Part shown: one piece after another, positions 17,127 through 26,421 of the stretch | Numbering within the stretch: the stretch's first letter is position 1 | How the letters are laid out: each line of letters starts with the position of its first letter | From: Eubacteriales bacterium | GTDB taxonomy: Bacteria > Bacillota > Clostridia > Christensenellales > CAG-314 | Reading direction: 5' to 3' | DNA length: 64,000 nucleotides | NCBI GenBank assembly: GCA_035446985.1 | Contig: DAOTGG010000002.1 | Span: 1,925-65,924 of the forward strand | Position numbers and translations under genes: made by a program | Notes under the pieces: model-generated | Seen by the model: the letters and a program-made list of their open reading frames with translations, nothing else | Database searches by the model: none | Told to the model about the DNA's origin: nothing

Positions 17127-19196
17127 TTATTCTGCTTCAGCCGCGCGTTTTTTAGCGTCTTCAATGATTTTTGCTGTCGCGGTCGGGGGAACTTCTTCGT
17201 AACGGAGGAATTCCATAGTGAAAGTGCCTCTGCCTTGCGTCATTGAACGTAAATCGGTAGCGTACTTGGTTATTTCAGCCATAGGAGCTTCAGCGCGGAT
17301 TATTTGTTTTCCGCCAGTTGCTGCTTCCATACCCAAAACTCTGCCGCGGCGTTTATTCATATCGCCCAAAATATCGCCCATGTAGTTTTCGGGAACTGTT
17401 ACGTTCACTTGGTAAATGGGTTCAAGCAGTATCGGTTGAGCCTTAGGAATACCTTCGCCGTAAGCAAGTTTTGCCGCCGAAACGAAAGCGATTTCTTTAC
17501 TGTCAACGGGGTGGTATTTACCGTCAACCAAACGAGCTTTGAGGTTGATCATAGGATAACCCGCCAAAACGCCTTCTTTAATAGCTTCGCGCAAACCCTT
17601 ATCAACAGCGGGGATAAACTGTCTGGGTACCGCGCCGCCGACTACTTCGTCTGCAAACTCATAAATACCGTCTTCCGCGCCAGGTTCAAACTTGATAATC
17701 GCAACGCCGAATTGTCCTGCGCCGCCCGATTGCTTTTTGTGTTTGCCTTCGGCTTCGCTTCTGCCCTTGATAGTTTCTTTGTAAGCTATTCTAGGTTCTT
17801 TCAAAACGGCTTCTACGCTGAATTTATTTCTGAGTTTTCTGCAAAGTATATCGAGTTGGGTTTCGCCAACACCGCTCAATAACATTTCGTTTGTGTCTTG
17901 GTTTTTAATAACGGCAAATGATATATCTTCGTCTTTAAGTTTTGATAATCCCGCGAAAATTTTGTCTTCTTCGCCTTTTTTCGCAGCGTAAACCGCCATA
18001 GAAATAACGGGCTTAGGCATTTCGATAGGAGGCAAGGTCAAAGCTTTTCCTTCGGACAAAGTGTCGCCTGTGGTAGGAGTGTTAAGTTTTGAAACGGCTC
18101 CGATGTCGCCCGCGGAAATGCTGTCTGTCGGCTCTTGCTTTTTGCCTTTAATAAAGAATATGCTGCTGATTTTTTCTTCGCTGTCTTTATTCGCGTTTTT
18201 TAGTATCGTTCCGCTCTTAAGAGTGCCTTGAAGCATCTTAAAGAATGAAAGTCTGCCTACAAACGGGTCTACGATTGTTTTGAATACTTGCAAAACAACG
18301 GGAGCGTTGGGATCGCATTTCAGTTCGATTTTGTTACCCTTGTCGTCTGTTGCCGTAACAACGTCGTCAGCAGGACTGGGCAATGTAGCAACGATTTTAT
18401 TTAATAAATTTTTGATACCCTTGTTAGCGAGCGCGCTGCCGCCGTAAACGGGAATAGTAGCGCATTTAACGATACCCGCTTTCAAACCTTTTTCCACTTC
18501 TTCTTTCGTTAGGTCGAGAGTATCGAGATATTTCATCATAAGCTCGTCGTCGCCTTCTGCCGCGCTTTCGACAACTTTTTCTCTTGCGGAAGCCGCTTGG
18601 TCAGCCATATTAGCGGGAATTTCTTTTCCGTTTTCTTCAGAGCCTACTTCGTAATACAATCCGTCGTCAACGTTTACATACGCGCTGAAATTGTTTTGCA
18701 TAACGGGAATCATAAGGTTAGCGATTTTTGTAGGATATTTTTCTGTGATAGCGTTAACCGTGTCGGTATAGTTTGCGTTTTCTTTGTCAAGACCGCTGAC
18801 GAATATCATAGCGGGAATTTTGCGCGCTATACAAATATCAAGAGCTTTTTCCGTGCCTACGGTAAGCGAGCCTGACGCGCTGGTTACGATAACAGCGGCA
18901 TCGGCAACAGCTAAAGCCTGTACCAATTCGCCTTCAAAGTCAAAGTAACCTGGTACGTCGATGATATTGATTTTTGTGCCGTTGTAATTACAGTTAGCGG
19001 TGGCAAGCGAGATAGATATTTTTTTAGCTATTTCTTCGGGATCAAAGTCCATTGTCGAGTTGCCGTCGTCAACTTTACCTTGTCTATCAACCGCCTTGCA
19101 GTTGAATAGAATTGCCTCGGCGAGCGTGGTTTTTCCCTCGCCGGAATGCCCAATCAAGGCAATATTGCGGATGTCTTTTGCGTTAATAAGTGCCAT
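17127..19196 (-). CDS. Elongation factor G family GTPase (EF-G paralog)
   Basis: 689 aa with a five-domain EF-G layout. The G1 motif is GHSGEGKTT rather than the canonical AHIDAGKTT of primary fusA, which suggests the second EF-G-like paralog. Confidence 0.8.
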   Translation of the reverse strand: MALINAKDIRNIALIGHSGEGKTTLAEAILFNCKAVDRQGKVDDGNSTMDFDPEEIAKKISISLATANCNYNGTKINIIDVPGYFDFEGELVQALAVADAAVIVTSASGSLTVGTEKALDICIARKIPAMIFVSGLDKENANYTDTVNAITEKYPTKIANLMIPVMQNNFSAYVNVDDGLYYEVGSEENGKEIPANMADQAASAREKVVESAAEGDDELMMKYLDTLDLTKEEVEKGLKAGIVKCATIPVYGGSALANKGIKNLLNKIVATLPSPADDVVTATDDKGNKIELKCDPNAPVVLQVFKTIVDPFVGRLSFFKMLQGTLKSGTILKNANKDSEEKISSIFFIKGKKQEPTDSISAGDIGAVSKLNTPTTGDTLSEGKALTLPPIEMPKPVISMAVYAAKKGEEDKIFAGLSKLKDEDISFAVIKNQDTNEMLLSGVGETQLDILCRKLRNKFSVEAVLKEPRIAYKETIKGRSEAEGKHKKQSGGAGQFGVAIIKFEPGAEDGIYEFADEVVGGAVPRQFIPAVDKGLREAIKEGVLAGYPMINLKARLVDGKYHPVDSKEIAFVSAAKLAYGEGIPKAQPILLEPIYQVNVTVPENYMGDILGDMNKRRGRVLGMEAATGGKQIIRAEAPMAEITKYATDLRSMTQGRGTFTMEFLRYEEVPPTATAKIIEDAKKRAAEAE

Positions 19197-19442
19197 TATT
19201 GTACTCCCCTATATAAACTTATTTTTACCGTGAAAGATAAATAGTTGTTGCGGACGTTTAGTTATTTTTAAAATAAGTCCGCAGATAGAATTATTTTAGC
19301 ATAAATAATATATTTCGGCAATCAATTTCTTAAATACACCGTAATAAAACCGCAAAAAATATCATAATCAAATTGTTTTTTATATCCGCGTTTGATATAA
19401 TTATTATTAACAGAAATCAAAATAACAAAAAGGAGTGCGAAA

Positions 19443-20627
19443 ATGAAATATACTCATCAGCAAACTGTGGACGTGTTTTTGGAAATGGTAAAAGTCGACA
19501 GCCCGTCTTTTAGTGAAAAAAATATGGTCGATTATCTGGTCGATAAAATAAATTCTTACAAATGGAATGCGCAAATAGAGCGTGTGCCCGTTTTGGTGGA
19601 GCGTTTTGACGAGGAAACCTTAGTTCGTCTAGCAAATGACAAAGACGTACATGACACCGAGCAACTGGTAGTCATAATTCCCGCAACTGACGAAACCAAA
19701 GACCCGATATATTTTTGCGCTCATATAGATACCGTGAGCCCCGGAAAAGGCGTAAAGCCCGTAATCAAGAACGATATTATTTACAGCGACGGCACTACTG
19801 TACTTGGCGGCGACGACAAAAGCGGCGTTGCTGGTTTAGTCGTTGCGGTTGACGAAGTAATAAAGAAAAATATTCCGCACGGAAAAATCGTACTCATTTT
19901 TACCGCTTTGGAAGAAAAAGGACATATGGGCGCGCAGCAAATAGACATCAATAAATACGGCGTGCGTTACGGATATGTTTTCGATACGTCGGGAAACGTA
20001 GGCAAAATAATGCGGCGCGGACAGCACGGACAGTCGATTGAAGTCACGATAACTGTGGATGATATTCCAAATCATACTTACTCCGCCACCGTGCCGAACG
20101 CTCTTGGCCACGCCTGCGATCTTATTGCAAAAATCGATAAAAAACTTTTTAACGCTGACGATATGACTTTTACCCAAGTATTAAGTTTAAAAACCGAATA
20201 TCAGCCGGGCTATATGGTGCCGTATAAAGCCGTTTTCAAAATCACAACCCGCAGTTTTATGAAAAAAGACCAGCAAAAGCAGGTCTCGAAAATATTAAAA
20301 CTGCTTGATAATTTCAAAGCAAAGAATGCCAAACTGGAATACAAAATTTCTCCCAAGCAGACCATAGGTTACGACCACGCCGACACCGACGACGGTCAAT
20401 TGATGATGAATAAAGCGGAGTCTGTTATAAAAGAAATGGGCTTAGCTCCCGAATATATAACGATGGGACTCGGCGGACACGACGCAAGCTCTTTTATGAT
20501 GCGCGGCGTTCCCTCTATCGTGCTCTCGTGCGGTATGCAGGAAATTCACACAACCAAAGAATATATCTATATTCAAGATTTGCACGACTGCACGGAGTTG
20601 GTCATACGCTTAATCGAAAAAGCGTAA
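19443..20627 (+). CDS. M20 family metallopeptidase (peptidase T-like)
   Basis: 394 aa. CAHIDTV (HxD metal ligand), GGDDKSG and ALEEKGHMGA are the M20/PepT-type motifs. Confidence 0.75.
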   Translation: MKYTHQQTVDVFLEMVKVDSPSFSEKNMVDYLVDKINSYKWNAQIERVPVLVERFDEETLVRLANDKDVHDTEQLVVIIPATDETKDPIYFCAHIDTVSPGKGVKPVIKNDIIYSDGTTVLGGDDKSGVAGLVVAVDEVIKKNIPHGKIVLIFTALEEKGHMGAQQIDINKYGVRYGYVFDTSGNVGKIMRRGQHGQSIEVTITVDDIPNHTYSATVPNALGHACDLIAKIDKKLFNADDMTFTQVLSLKTEYQPGYMVPYKAVFKITTRSFMKKDQQKQVSKILKLLDNFKAKNAKLEYKISPKQTIGYDHADTDDGQLMMNKAESVIKEMGLAPEYITMGLGGHDASSFMMRGVPSIVLSCGMQEIHTTKEYIYIQDLHDCTELVIRLIEKA

Positions 20628-20745
20628 ACGAATTTTTTAACGAGCCTTATCTATATTCAGTAAATAAAAAAAGCGATCTATATGGTCGCTTTTAATTTTT
20701 TTTAATATTCTTTATTTTTTCTAGTATCAGGATTCAGAAGTTACT

Positions 20746-21903
20746 TTATTCTTTCTTTGTTTTCAATTTGTAATTTTCTTCCACGGCAAGATTTAGTTTG
20801 GCGATTTCTATTCCTTTGCCGTCCAAAATCTCTAATTTATAGGTATTGCCAATAGTAGAAATGAAAAATCTTTTGCCGCCGTCAAAAGCTAAAGTCGGCG
20901 TGCTTTGCGGCGGGAAAAACAGATTTTCACCGTTTACCGCGACCTTAATTCCGTTTTCATTCGCCGTTATTTCGCCTTTGCCAAGAAACCTATATCCTTT
21001 CAAATCGGGCAGTTCGTATACGTCAGCCGAGGCGGAAAACGAATATTCGCCGCTTTGCAACTGCCGCAACACAGCATTTCTTTGCATCTCATACCACGTC
21101 GGAACGTCAAGCGTTTTATTTATTTTGCCGTAACAATCCATCACAAATTCCGTTCCGCATTTGCCGCAGACAAGTTTGTTTTCAATAGCGGTCAGACAAA
21201 ATTCCTCTCCGCATTTGGGACAGCGGTAAAGTATAGTTTCCAGTCCGTCTAAATTTCGCTCGATTTTTATTTTCTGCTCGCTTTGCCGCTTATATTCGTC
21301 GTAATTAAGAGCGGTCGCAATTTTGTCGTACACGGTTTCCAACGGAAGTTCGCTTAAATCCCCCTTCGTAAACAATCGGCTTATTTTTACGTCGACTTTC
21401 GCTTTTACCTGCGTTTTTGACCAGCGCGGCAGCCCGAGATAATTTCCGCTTATATTAACGGCGATTACGTCCATACCCAAAAACTTTACTAACTTCGCAA
21501 TAGATTGCGGTATAATGCCTGTTTTGCCATCCACCGAAAGTTTACCTTCTGGAAATATAACAATCGGGCGGTTTTTGCTCAAAATGTACTTGCACGCTTT
21601 TACCGCGCTGATTTCGCTGATAAACTGCCTTTTGGGTATCGCTCCAAAAAAAGCGTAGAGAGCTTTGTTTCTCGCTATTTGGTCTACGGCGCAAAGGTAA
21701 TTCGGCTGAAACTTTTTTAATGCCCGCGCCGTAACGAAAACGTCGTTTACGCTCGTATGATTAACAAGCGCGATAAAAGGTTTTTTCAGGTCGGCAACTT
21801 CGTTGACTATATTGAGTTCAAACCGCTTTTCGCAAACTTTTTTGCAATAAAAAAAATTAGCGAAATTATATAAAAATTTGTTAGTTAAAGGCTGTTTTTT
21901 CAT
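20746..21903 (-). CDS. Lysophospholipid (PlsC-family) acyltransferase with zinc-ribbon and C-terminal extension
   Basis: 385 aa. NHTSVNDV is the HX4D acyltransferase motif and FPEGKLS is block III. CPKCGEEF...CGKCGTEF is a 4-Cys zinc ribbon, followed by a ~130-aa domain of unknown type. Confidence 0.7.
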   Translation of the reverse strand: MKKQPLTNKFLYNFANFFYCKKVCEKRFELNIVNEVADLKKPFIALVNHTSVNDVFVTARALKKFQPNYLCAVDQIARNKALYAFFGAIPKRQFISEISAVKACKYILSKNRPIVIFPEGKLSVDGKTGIIPQSIAKLVKFLGMDVIAVNISGNYLGLPRWSKTQVKAKVDVKISRLFTKGDLSELPLETVYDKIATALNYDEYKRQSEQKIKIERNLDGLETILYRCPKCGEEFCLTAIENKLVCGKCGTEFVMDCYGKINKTLDVPTWYEMQRNAVLRQLQSGEYSFSASADVYELPDLKGYRFLGKGEITANENGIKVAVNGENLFFPPQSTPTLAFDGGKRFFISTIGNTYKLEILDGKGIEIAKLNLAVEENYKLKTKKE

Positions 21904-22019
21904 TTTTACCTTTTCCGTTTTTCTCGTTCGCTCGCACTTTTGATAATATCTGCGTTAACAACAAAAAATTTTTTTTACTATCTTTCTCTATTTATTTTGC
22001 CTATTTTATACGATTTTTT

Positions 22020-22634
22020 TTAAATAGCTATGATATGCTCGATAAAAATTTTCAAGCCTATTCCCACAAGAATAATTCCGCCTACTATTCCCGAATAATC
22101 CGATAAATATTTTCCCACTTTTTTACCCAGATACATACCCAAAAGCGACAGGATAAAAGTTGTGAAAGTAATAATCGAAACCGAAATAAATATATTCATA
22201 TTCACGGTGAGAGCGAGAGTAATACCTACCACAAACGCGTCGATACTTGTGGCTATACCTTGCAAGAGCATTTCACCGACTGAAAATCTTTTTTTGGTAT
22301 CGCCTTCATTGTCAGTCGGCACATCTATCGCGTCCGCGCTTTTTCTTTTTTTATTTATATCGGTTATGCTTTCAAAAATCATTTTTCCGCCGATAAATGC
22401 AAGTAAAACCAATGCAATCCAATGGTCGACTTTTTCCACAAAGCCTGAGAATGCGGAACCTATAAAATAACCTAATAGCGGCATTAAGCCTTGAAACAAT
22501 CCAAAACATATCGGGTACGCCACAAACTGAATTTTATTCAAATTCGGTTTTGTCATTGAGTTTGAAATCGATACGGCAAAAGCGTCCGCAGACAGCCCGA
22601 CCGCAATTAAAAGCACAGTTAAAAAATCAGTCAT
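22020..22634 (-). CDS. mntP: Manganese efflux pump MntP
   Basis: 204 aa. LLIAVGLSADAFAVSISN and the internal repeat GIATSIDAFVVG are typical of MntP/YebN. Confidence 0.85.
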   Translation of the reverse strand: MTDFLTVLLIAVGLSADAFAVSISNSMTKPNLNKIQFVAYPICFGLFQGLMPLLGYFIGSAFSGFVEKVDHWIALVLLAFIGGKMIFESITDINKKRKSADAIDVPTDNEGDTKKRFSVGEMLLQGIATSIDAFVVGITLALTVNMNIFISVSIITFTTFILSLLGMYLGKKVGKYLSDYSGIVGGIILVGIGLKIFIEHIIAI

Positions 22635-22649
22635 AAATCTCCCAAGCAG

Positions 22650-22684
22650 TTAAAAATAAGGCAACCCTTTTTGGCGGATTGCCT
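22650..22684 (-). terminator. Intrinsic terminator after divIC-like gene
   Basis: On the minus strand, the AGGCAAUCCGCCAAAAAGGGUUGCCU hairpin is followed by UAUUUUU. Confidence 0.6.
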
Positions 22685-22699
22685 GTTCTTTCCGTTATG

Positions 22700-22996
22700 T
22701 TAGTCGCCAAGCTTGGCTATCCAGTTAAGTTGGTCCTGCGTAAGCATTCCCTCGTTTTCGGTAGCCCATTCCACTATGTATTCAACCGTTTTACGGTATT
22801 CTAAATCCGTATGATATTGATCGATAAGGTCTTCGTTTTGCTTAATCTCGTTTACGAGTTCGTCTACCTTTGCCAAAAACGCGGTCTTTTGTACGAACAA
22901 GGTCGTCAGCCAGCTCAGCATCACGAGGAGTATCACGGTGCATATTATCACCGCGAATAACAGATTCTTGTTCTGAAATATCGACGTTGGTTTCAT
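22700..22996 (-). CDS. divIC: Septum formation initiator (DivIC/FtsB-like)
   Basis: Single N-terminal TM followed by a coiled-coil-like segment, in the yabP-yabQ-divIC position. The start was set at the second Met, with AAAGGTGA 7 nt upstream. Confidence 0.6.
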   Translation of the reverse strand: MKPTSIFQNKNLLFAVIICTVILLVMLSWLTTLFVQKTAFLAKVDELVNEIKQNEDLIDQYHTDLEYRKTVEYIVEWATENEGMLTQDQLNWIAKLGD

Positions 22997-23312
22997 CGCC
23001 ATTCACCTTTCCAAAATTTTGTTTGGTAAAATTATACAACTTCCCAAGCGCCGTGTCAAGCATGGGTACGATTGTTAGCGAGCAAAAAAACAATCCCAAA
23101 CCCACGCCCAAAAAAACGTATATTCTAAACTGACCGTCGTTCCAAATCAAATTAGCGAAAAATACGGCTGCCATAGCAATAACGGCAAAAAGAATATCGC
23201 CCAAAATTTTGTACTTTTTTATTAGATGCGTTACGGGGTACAGTAAAGATATTACCATACCCACGTAAATAAACGATAGAAAGGTTAAAAACTGGCGAAG
23301 CGCGTCGTTCAT
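22842..23312 (-). CDS. yabQ: Spore cortex biosynthesis protein YabQ
   Basis: 156 aa with three to four TM helices (FLTFLSFIYVGMVISLLYP...). It follows yabP with a 4-nt overlap. The charged C-terminal tail is encoded out of frame over the start of divIC. Confidence 0.65.
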   Translation of the reverse strand: MNDALRQFLTFLSFIYVGMVISLLYPVTHLIKKYKILGDILFAVIAMAAVFFANLIWNDGQFRIYVFLGVGLGLFFCSLTIVPMLDTALGKLYNFTKQNFGKVNGDETNVDISEQESVIRGDNMHRDTPRDAELADDLVRTKDRVFGKGRRTRKRD

Positions 23313-23557
23313 TTAAATATATTGCCCAAGCTCGTTTTTTTGGCTCCGTATTTTATCGCCGCGATATTGTCAAATTCGATAACCACAAGTCCCTCGTCGA
23401 CTTCGAGTTTTTTTACGTTAAGTTTTTCACCAGTAACCGCAAGTCTGCCTTTTACGGTGTTGACTACCACTTCTTTTTCAAAAACGCTTACTACGTCCGT
23501 GACGCCGCCTATCGTGACGCCGCTGTCCGTTACGCTCAAAGAATGTTTTTTATCCAT
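23309..23557 (-). CDS. yabP: Sporulation protein YabP
   Basis: 82 aa. The HSLSVTD...GVTDVVSVFEKEVVVNTVKGRLAVTGEKLNVKKLEVDEGLVVIEG-like pattern matches the YabP family. Confidence 0.8.
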   Translation of the reverse strand: MDKKHSLSVTDSGVTIGGVTDVVSVFEKEVVVNTVKGRLAVTGEKLNVKKLEVDEGLVVIEFDNIAAIKYGAKKTSLGNIFK

Positions 23558-23781
23558 TTTTTTACCACTCCTTATCTTTAATTATTTATATGCGAAAATC
23601 TTATTTATTTTTACTCACTCGCGTTAAACGGTAAAAAAATTCTCATATTAAATGTAAGTAGAAAAATTTTTATAATTGAAAATCGTGATTGAGTATGATA
23701 TATTGTATATATTGATATTAACCAAAAACATTTTTACTTCATTCACACAAAAACCTTTATTAAAAAAACAGGTGAAAAACT

Positions 23782-24333
23782 ATGATAAAATTCACAACGG
23801 AAAATCTGATTTTGCTTTCTCCCAACAAGAATTTTGCTCAACCCCTTTTGGATTACTATGTCCGCAACAAAGATTTTTTCGAGCGGTTTGACCCAGCAAG
23901 GGAAGACGGTTTTTATTCTGTCGAAAATATGACGAAAATTTTAGAAACGGAAATCGCCGCGGAAAACGAAAAAAAAGGATATCGTTTTTACGTTTTTTCA
24001 AAAAAAGCTCCTGACAAAATTATTGGTTTTGTAGGGCTTAACAATATCGTATACGGCTGTTTTCTATCGTGCTTTATTAGCTACAAGCTTGACAAAGACT
24101 GCTTGAACCGCGGTTTTATGACGGAAGCGGTAAAAAAGGTCGTCGATTACGCATTTACAGAGTTAAAACTTCACCGCATAGAAGGCAACGTATTACCCGA
24201 CAACGTTTCGTCTTTAAAGGTACTCGATAAAAACGGCTTTAAATACGAAGGCGTATCGGAAAAATATTTAAAAATCAATGGCGTCTGGCGCGACCATATT
24301 CATATGGTAAAACTCAACCCAAAAGCGGAATAA
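23782..24333 (+). CDS. GNAT family N-acetyltransferase (RimJ/RimL-like)
   Basis: 183 aa. The GNAT motif A region is NRGFMTEAVKKVVDYAFTELKLHRIEGNVLPDNVSSLKVLDKNGF. Confidence 0.8.
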   Translation: MIKFTTENLILLSPNKNFAQPLLDYYVRNKDFFERFDPAREDGFYSVENMTKILETEIAAENEKKGYRFYVFSKKAPDKIIGFVGLNNIVYGCFLSCFISYKLDKDCLNRGFMTEAVKKVVDYAFTELKLHRIEGNVLPDNVSSLKVLDKNGFKYEGVSEKYLKINGVWRDHIHMVKLNPKAE

Positions 24334-24599
24334 AAAAGCAAAAGCCAAACGCAAAGAAATTCATAATAAATATTTTTTATGAACTGACGAATTTCTTATA
24401 AATAATATTATCGATTCAATTAAACTATGGATAATCTCAAAAATGACTAACATTTGATACAGATAAAATTTGCGATAACCAATGGTCAATTTTTGATATG
24501 AAATTTTGTTAATTTTTAGATACTGACCAAAACGGTCAAAAATTTTGATAAATATTTGAGATAAAATAAAACCGCCTATAATAAGCGGTTTTATTTTTA

Positions 24600-24788
24600 C
24601 TATTTTTTCCCCGATTTATTTTTAGTGGAATCAACAAGCTGATAAGTTTGCCCCGGCTGCGGAGTAGGCGGAAAAATTTTGTCTTTCACCACGGTGCGTT
24701 CTTCGCCCGTATTTTTTCCTTTCTCGTTGATAATAGCGTATTGTCCCGAATACGGCGCTTCTTCACCGGGTTTGTAAGTATTTTTCAT
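24600..24788 (-). CDS. YjzC-like small protein
   Basis: 62 aa. The KPGEEAPYSGQY...G...V.KG.KFPPT pattern resembles the B. subtilis YjzC family. The RBS is AAAGGAGG. Confidence 0.55.
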   Translation of the reverse strand: MKNTYKPGEEAPYSGQYAIINEKGKNTGEERTVVKDKIFPPTPQPGQTYQLVDSTKNKSGKK

Positions 24789-24811
24789 AAAATTACCTCC
24801 TTTGTAGAATT

Positions 24812-24841
24812 ATAAAAAAAACGGCGTGAAATACGCCGTTT
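24812..24841 (-). terminator. Intrinsic terminator of cysS
   Basis: On the minus strand, the AACGGCGUAUUUCACGCCGUU hairpin is followed by U8. Confidence 0.75.
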
Positions 24842-24847
24842 ATTTCT

Positions 24848-26236
24848 TTATTTTTTTGTGATTAACTGACCGTCTTTGGTATCTTTGACCGCATAACCTT
24901 TTTCGTCAAGCAAGTCGCGCAATTCGTCGGATAATTTCCAGTTTTTTTCCACTCTTGCTGTCGCGCGTTTTTCCGCAATTAACGCGATTTCGTCGGGCAA
25001 TTTTGCCGATTCTTCTTTTTTCGGTTCAAACTCACTTAACTCTAAACCAAAAACTTTATCCATTTTTAATGCGAGTTCATAAATATCTTTGCTTTTGTCT
25101 TCCTTCAGCATAGTCCACAGCACACCTAAAGCCAGCGGTATATTAAGGTCGTCGTTGATAGCTTTTTCAAATTCCGCCAGATATTTTTTCGTAACCTTTT
25201 CATCGGTTTTCGTTTGACTGCCTTTATGCTGCAAAAGCAGTCCGCCCAGTCTTTCATAAGCCGTTTTCGCCCCGTCCATTGCCTCGAATGTGAAGTTGAT
25301 TTTTTGTCTGTATTGAACGTTTAGGCAAAAGTATCGGCACACCATAGGCGAATAGCCTTTTTCCATTAGTTCGGTAAGAGTAAAAGCGTTGCCGAGCGAT
25401 TTACTCATTTTGCCGCCGTCGTAAAGCATAAACTCATTGTGCATCCAATAGTCCGCCATTTTGCAGCCGTTGGCGCATTCGCTTTGCGCTATTTCGTTTT
25501 CGTGGTGAATGGGAATATGGTCAACGCCGCCCGTGTGAATGTCAAAAGTTTTGCCTAAGTATTTTCCGCTCATTACGCTACACTCGATATGCCAGCCCGG
25601 AAAACCTTTGCCCCACGGACTGTCCCATTGCATTATGTGGTTAGGCTCGGCTTTTTTCCACAGCGCAAAATCTATCGGATTGCGCTTGTTTTCATTTACT
25701 TCCACGCGCGCGCCGTGCATCTGGTCGTCAAGTTTTATTCGCGACAATTTGCCGTAATTGGGAAACTTATCAACGGAAAAATATATTCCGTCGGGCGTTT
25801 CGTAAGCATAACCTTTTTCCAGTAGCGTTTCCACCATACTTATCATTTCGGGAATATTATCGGTCGCTTTCGGCGTTATGGTCGGACATTTAATGTTAAG
25901 ACTGTCTAGGTCGTTAAAAAACTGTTTTGTGTAATATTCGGCTATTTCATAAGGCGATTTATTTTCTTCGCGCGCGGATTTTGTCATCTTGTCCTCGCCT
26001 TCGTCGGCGTCGGAAAGCAGATGTCCCACGTCTGTGATATTCATGACCGACTTTACTTTATAACCGTCATATTCCAACACTCTGCGTAAACAGTCCATAA
26101 AAACGTAGGCGCGCATATTGCCGAAATGCGCGTACTTATATACGGTAGGACCGCAAGTGTACATCGACACCGTTCCTTCCTTTATGGGCAAAAATTCTTC
26201 TTTTTTACGCGTAAGAGTGTTAAAAAACCTTATCAT
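24848..26236 (-). CDS. cysS: Cysteine--tRNA ligase
   Basis: 462 aa. MYTCGPTVYKYAHFGNMR is the HIGH-type motif and KMSKS is present. Confidence 0.95.
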   Translation of the reverse strand: MIRFFNTLTRKKEEFLPIKEGTVSMYTCGPTVYKYAHFGNMRAYVFMDCLRRVLEYDGYKVKSVMNITDVGHLLSDADEGEDKMTKSAREENKSPYEIAEYYTKQFFNDLDSLNIKCPTITPKATDNIPEMISMVETLLEKGYAYETPDGIYFSVDKFPNYGKLSRIKLDDQMHGARVEVNENKRNPIDFALWKKAEPNHIMQWDSPWGKGFPGWHIECSVMSGKYLGKTFDIHTGGVDHIPIHHENEIAQSECANGCKMADYWMHNEFMLYDGGKMSKSLGNAFTLTELMEKGYSPMVCRYFCLNVQYRQKINFTFEAMDGAKTAYERLGGLLLQHKGSQTKTDEKVTKKYLAEFEKAINDDLNIPLALGVLWTMLKEDKSKDIYELALKMDKVFGLELSEFEPKKEESAKLPDEIALIAEKRATARVEKNWKLSDELRDLLDEKGYAVKDTKDGQLITKK

Positions 26237-26421
26237 ACCTATGGACCTCGCTAATTATTACTTGCATTTTACTTTTTTTTGCCGTTTTCGTCAAGTTTAA
26301 TCAATTAAGCGGTTAAAAAAAGACTGTCAAAATAAATTGATAATTATTTTAATTGTTAAAAATGTTTTTATGTGGTAAAATAGTCAAATATAAGAAAGAA
26401 CGTTAATACCGAGGGTGAAAA

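Noticed and set aside
22635-22760. Possible yybP-ykoY Mn2+ riboswitch upstream of mntP
   Set aside because: Only ~65 nt separate mntP from divIC, and that gap is occupied by a terminator hairpin. No GGGGAGUAG or UUGACA conserved blocks are present, even when reading into the divIC 3' end.
23558-23660. Possible sigma-E-type sporulation promoter upstream of yabP (CATATAAAT element)
   Set aside because: The resemblance to the sigma-E -10 (CATACA-T) is partial, and the -35 region is ambiguous in this AT-rich stretch. There is not enough evidence to call it.
24400-24570. Cluster of short palindromes and repeats (ACCAATGGT, TGACCAAAACGGTCA, and a repeated GGTCAA-TTTTGATA) between the GNAT gene and the yjzC-like gene
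   Set aside because: They could be operator sites, but they lie downstream of both convergent genes. They are short enough to occur by chance in AT-rich DNA, and no associated regulator or transcript is evident.
26237-26421. Possible T-box leaders for the divergent cysS and serS genes
   Set aside because: The shared intergenic region is only ~185 nt. It contains ordinary promoters, and I found no T-box sequence (AAUUAGGGUGGUACCGCG-like) and no specifier/terminator architecture.
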